Assembly: GCA_904063045.1 (NCBI GenBank)
Contig: CAJFCJ010000019.1
Location: 2,858,684-2,922,683, forward strand
Origin: Dimorphilus gyrociliatus
Lineage: Eukaryota; Animalia; Annelida
DNA: 64,000 nt
Direction: 5' to 3'
A model generated the notes under the pieces. The model was not told the origin of the DNA, searched no databases, and worked only from the letters and a program-made list of their open reading frames with translations. This document shows positions 61,192 through 64,000 of this stretch, piece after piece. The position numbers were made by a program, and so were the translations under genes. How positions within the stretch are numbered: position 1 is the first letter of the stretch; every line of letters starts with the position of its first letter.

Positions 61192-62136
61192 ATGATTACA
61201 TGGCCAAAAAATTTAATACTAGATGGTGGTTTAACAACAACCCTTTCGTCTTATGGTATCACAGATGCCGAAAGTAATCCGCTGTTTGGTGCACATTTAA
61301 TAGAAACAAATCCTGATGCCATTTACCGACTTCATTTAGACTTTTTAGAAGCTGGTTCAAATATTATTGAAACAGCCACTTATCAAGGCAGTATTAAAGG
61401 CTTTAAACAGCATTTAAACGTCAGTGATCGAAGAGCTGAAGAACTACTTAGAGAAGGCGTAAATTTAGCACAGAGAGCGAAACGAGACTTTTGGTCAGGC
61501 ATTGATGACAAAGCGGCAAAGTTCGAACCGAAAATTGCAGGTTCTTTGGGGCCTTATGGAGCCCATCTGCTTGATGGTTCTGAATATACGGGCGATTATG
61601 TTCATAAAATAACTGATAGTCAGTTAAAAGATTGGCACCGGAAACAAATTACCCAGTTGGTAGCCGCAAACGTTGACATTCTAGGCTTCGACACGTTTCC
61701 CTCTTTAAAAGAAGCATTGTGTGTCGCTACTCTTTTGAATAGTGAATTTAAAGACGTATCAGCTTGGATCTCGTTCTCTTCTAAGGATGAAATAAACATT
61801 GCCGATGGAAACTCTTTTAAGACATGCGTTCAAGAATTATTACCATTCAAAAATATAGTTGGCTTCGGTGTAAATTGCTGTTCTCCACGAATCGTTGAAC
61901 CTTTAATGAAGAGTGTTATTGATATCGTACCCAAAGACCGTTATTTATTAGCTTATCCTAACAGCGGTGAAGAATGGCTGGCCAAAGATTGCCGTTGGGG
62001 AAGTGGCGAGGAGAAGGAAACGCCCATACATACGTTCATAAAAGGGTGGAAATCGTTAGGCGTAAACTGGATTGGAGGTTGCTGTCGTGTCAACCCGAGG
62101 GATATACGTTTAATTCATAGAGAAATGAGTTCGTAA
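61192..62136 (+). CDS. Homocysteine S-methyltransferase (S-methylmethionine type, Zn-dependent), intronless
   Basis: Motifs: ILDGG, LHLDFLEAGSNIIETATYQ, IAGSLGPYGA.L.DGSEYTG, GVNCC, YPNSGE.W, WIGGCCRV.P.DI. The three Zn-ligand Cys positions are present. Confidence 0.95.
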   Translation: MITWPKNLILDGGLTTTLSSYGITDAESNPLFGAHLIETNPDAIYRLHLDFLEAGSNIIETATYQGSIKGFKQHLNVSDRRAEELLREGVNLAQRAKRDFWSGIDDKAAKFEPKIAGSLGPYGAHLLDGSEYTGDYVHKITDSQLKDWHRKQITQLVAANVDILGFDTFPSLKEALCVATLLNSEFKDVSAWISFSSKDEINIADGNSFKTCVQELLPFKNIVGFGVNCCSPRIVEPLMKSVIDIVPKDRYLLAYPNSGEEWLAKDCRWGSGEEKETPIHTFIKGWKSLGVNWIGGCCRVNPRDIRLIHREMSS

Positions 62137-62835
62137 TTGTTTCAAAATAAAGGACTTTAATGTTCAATGTCGCTTTGTTGCAATACTAAAAAGAAATACA
62201 TGTATATGTAACACCTAAGACCAGTAAAGCACCGCCGAAAATCTCCCAGGGTGAGACGCGCTCGTTGTGTAGAAGATTATTGCATAATATGTGTGGTGGC
62301 CGCTCACTAATTCAAACCTACCTCCTTCCTTCTCAAGCGGCCAATGTCGTGAAGAAGCGCAACAGATGCAGGAAACGACTGAACGTAATTGATCTGTGCG
62401 GGCTTGACGTCTCGCGTTAGAATCCGTACCCAAAAAATTTCTCACGAAATATTCAAAAGAAACCTACCGACATTTATGAATAATAGAAACGTTGTCAGCT
62501 GGTCTGCTGCTAAAGCTTTTTCCTAATCAATTATCTATTAGCCTCGAGTGTTTATTTACTGGCGTTGAAATTGCCAATGGAGGCTCGTGCCCTCAAGGCC
62601 TACGGCACGCGACGCCGTTATCTGATTCTAAGGTCCTTTACATGAACCGTACGTGTATCCCGTTGATTTCATCCATTATCATTCCTACCAAAATTTATAA
62701 AGCTAATTGACGTTCCTTATGAATACGCGCGCCATAGGACTATAATGGATGCTCATTTACAAGGAATTTGTGAGAAATCCAAGCTTAATTAAACACTCGA
62801 ACAGAGGCGGAGCTTGAATAAAAGGCGGGGCTTGT

Positions 62836-63198
62836 ATGGGCGACCCCTATCGACTAGACGCTCGTTTCCGCATTGATATTTCCCGAACGATGGAAGGCGA
62901 ATGTTGGTGTCAATTTCAAGCGAATCCTCAGTTTTCAATAATGTCAACGAAAAAGAAACGTGGCCCTCCGAAACAAACAACAACAAAAGAAGTGGTAAAG
63001 AAAAGAAGGTTAGCAGCAAACGCCAGAGAACGAAAAAGAATGACTAGCTTAAATGTAGCGTTTGATAAATTGCGAGAAGTTGTCCCATCCATAAGTTCGG
63101 AGAGGAAGCTGAGTAAATATGAAACGCTGCAAATGGCTCAAAGTTATATTGCCGCATTAGAGAAATTACTACAAAATGCGGACGGAAGTTCACCATGA
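62836..63198 (+). CDS. ato: Atonal-family proneural bHLH transcription factor (ATOH1/7, amos-like), intronless
   Basis: b[57 protein letters not shown], with the atonal-specific AANARERxRM and [10 protein letters not shown]. Translation could start at the second ATG (~62890). Confidence 0.96.
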   Translation: MGDPYRLDARFRIDISRTMEGECWCQFQANPQFSIMSTKKKRGPPKQTTTKEVVKKRRLAANARERKRMTSLNVAFDKLREVVPSISSERKLSKYETLQMAQSYIAALEKLLQNADGSSP

Positions 63199-64000
63199 TT
63201 TTACTTTTATCGACTGCATAGATTCTTTTTGTTACGAACATTTAAAAAATTTCTTTCTTTATTTGTCATTTCGCTTAATTTTTGTATTTTTCATACGTTT
63301 TTTAAATTTCTTCTTTGAGGAAAATTAATACAACAGAAGCTATTGCGTATGCGTGTGTAAATAACATGCTTCTCTTCCACGAACTACCTTAATTAATGAC
63401 ATAACTCAAATCGAATTGCGACAGGTAAGACGCATGTCAAGCCAGCATGACGCCACATTGATGATCACTTGTAGATTCTTTAAAAATTCTCATCATTTTC
63501 AGAGGCACATTTATACAAATGAAATAAATAGCAATGAACAAAGGCGTCTTTTACTCTTTGCATTCTTCAAAGAGATGTAATTTAGCGTCCTATTACAAAA
63601 AAAGTTTGTTATAATTGCTTGCGGGACAATCCATTAAAGAGGTAGGTCAAAGCTGATCGGACAAGACGTCAAGTAGGGAAGAAGAAGAGTTGGAGGTTAA
63701 GAAGGTCCACCTCCTCCTACGCTTGATAAATGCATCAAAAGAAAACGAGTATGTTTTTTCGCTTTTACCAATTGATTATTTTTGCGTGTTGCATTTTCGT
63801 CGATAGAATGTGTCATTATGTAATTCAATACAATCGTTTTGAAGTATAATTATAATAGATGGCGCTCTCTTTCGCGAAAAAAACAAAGGAACTTATAACG
63901 CAAGCTCAACGTAAATAAGCAGATTGGAAATGAAGCGTGATCTTATTCCGACTCACTGCTTTATCGGAATTAGAAGATACATGTCCTATAGGACTGTATT

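Larger units (their letters stand above)
5384..63866. promoter_or_regulatory. Dispersed CTCF-like motifs, core AGA(T/G)GGCGC
   Basis: Non-coding copies: 5384-5394, 5967-5977, 14871-14881 (GGCAGC variant), 15667-15676, 37996-38005 (minus), 40219-40230, 44314-44326, 58206-58216 (minus), 61107-61116, 63856-63866. They match the 3' core of the CTCF consensus CCASYAGRKGGCRS. Confidence 0.6.

Noticed and set aside
61192-62136. Horizontal transfer of the intronless, mmuM-like homocysteine methyltransferase
   Set aside because: This enzyme type has native animal homologues, and intronless genes are common in this window; a phylogeny would be needed to claim transfer.
1-64000. Prokaryotic systems (CRISPR arrays, defence or toxin operons, IS elements)
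   Set aside because: No regularly spaced direct repeats, terminal inverted repeats or transposase/RT motifs were seen; the genes are spliceosomal-intron-containing animal genes.

Overview
Eukaryotic (metazoan) genomic DNA, not prokaryotic: AT-rich, gene-dense, with very short GT-AG introns (mostly 52-90 nt). The gene complement (ependymin-related protein, FoxQ2-type forkhead, SUEL-CUB-sushi membrane protein, FMRFamide-type GPCR) suggests a compact invertebrate genome, probably a lophotrochozoan such as a miniaturised annelid; this is inference only. By hand I built 15 protein-coding models, in order: the 3' part of a RasGRF; a stum/SPEC3-like protein; a PDZ-DH-PH RhoGEF-like protein; a SUEL-lectin/CUB/sushi type I membrane protein; a divergent FoxQ2-like factor; CIB2/3; a 2818-aa polycystin-1-like protein; a degenerate GT32-like protein; a peptide GPCR; a claudin-like tetraspan; an orphan disordered protein; a divergent D-box cyclin; an ependymin-related protein; a TBATA-like protein; and a homocysteine S-methyltransferase. 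An atonal bHLH gene makes 16. There is also one elongator tRNA-Met, two decayed coding-like segments and several small candidate genes. No CRISPR array, rRNA or recognisable transposon was seen. The most interesting signals are four. (1) The orphan protein carries a tandem, synonymously diverged copy of the Polo-box docking motif PLHST, plus a KEN box and a beta-TrCP-like degron. (2) A CTCF-like AGA(T/G)GGCG motif recurs at gene boundaries and on both sides of the tRNA. (3) FoxQ2-like, CIB and PKD1L form a tight co-directional block with an unpaired splice acceptor (possible trans-spliced operon) inside a neighbourhood rich in sensory or ciliary genes. (4) A 107-codon frame is interrupted only by TGA codons. 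All exon coordinates are manual predictions, and no database search was run.
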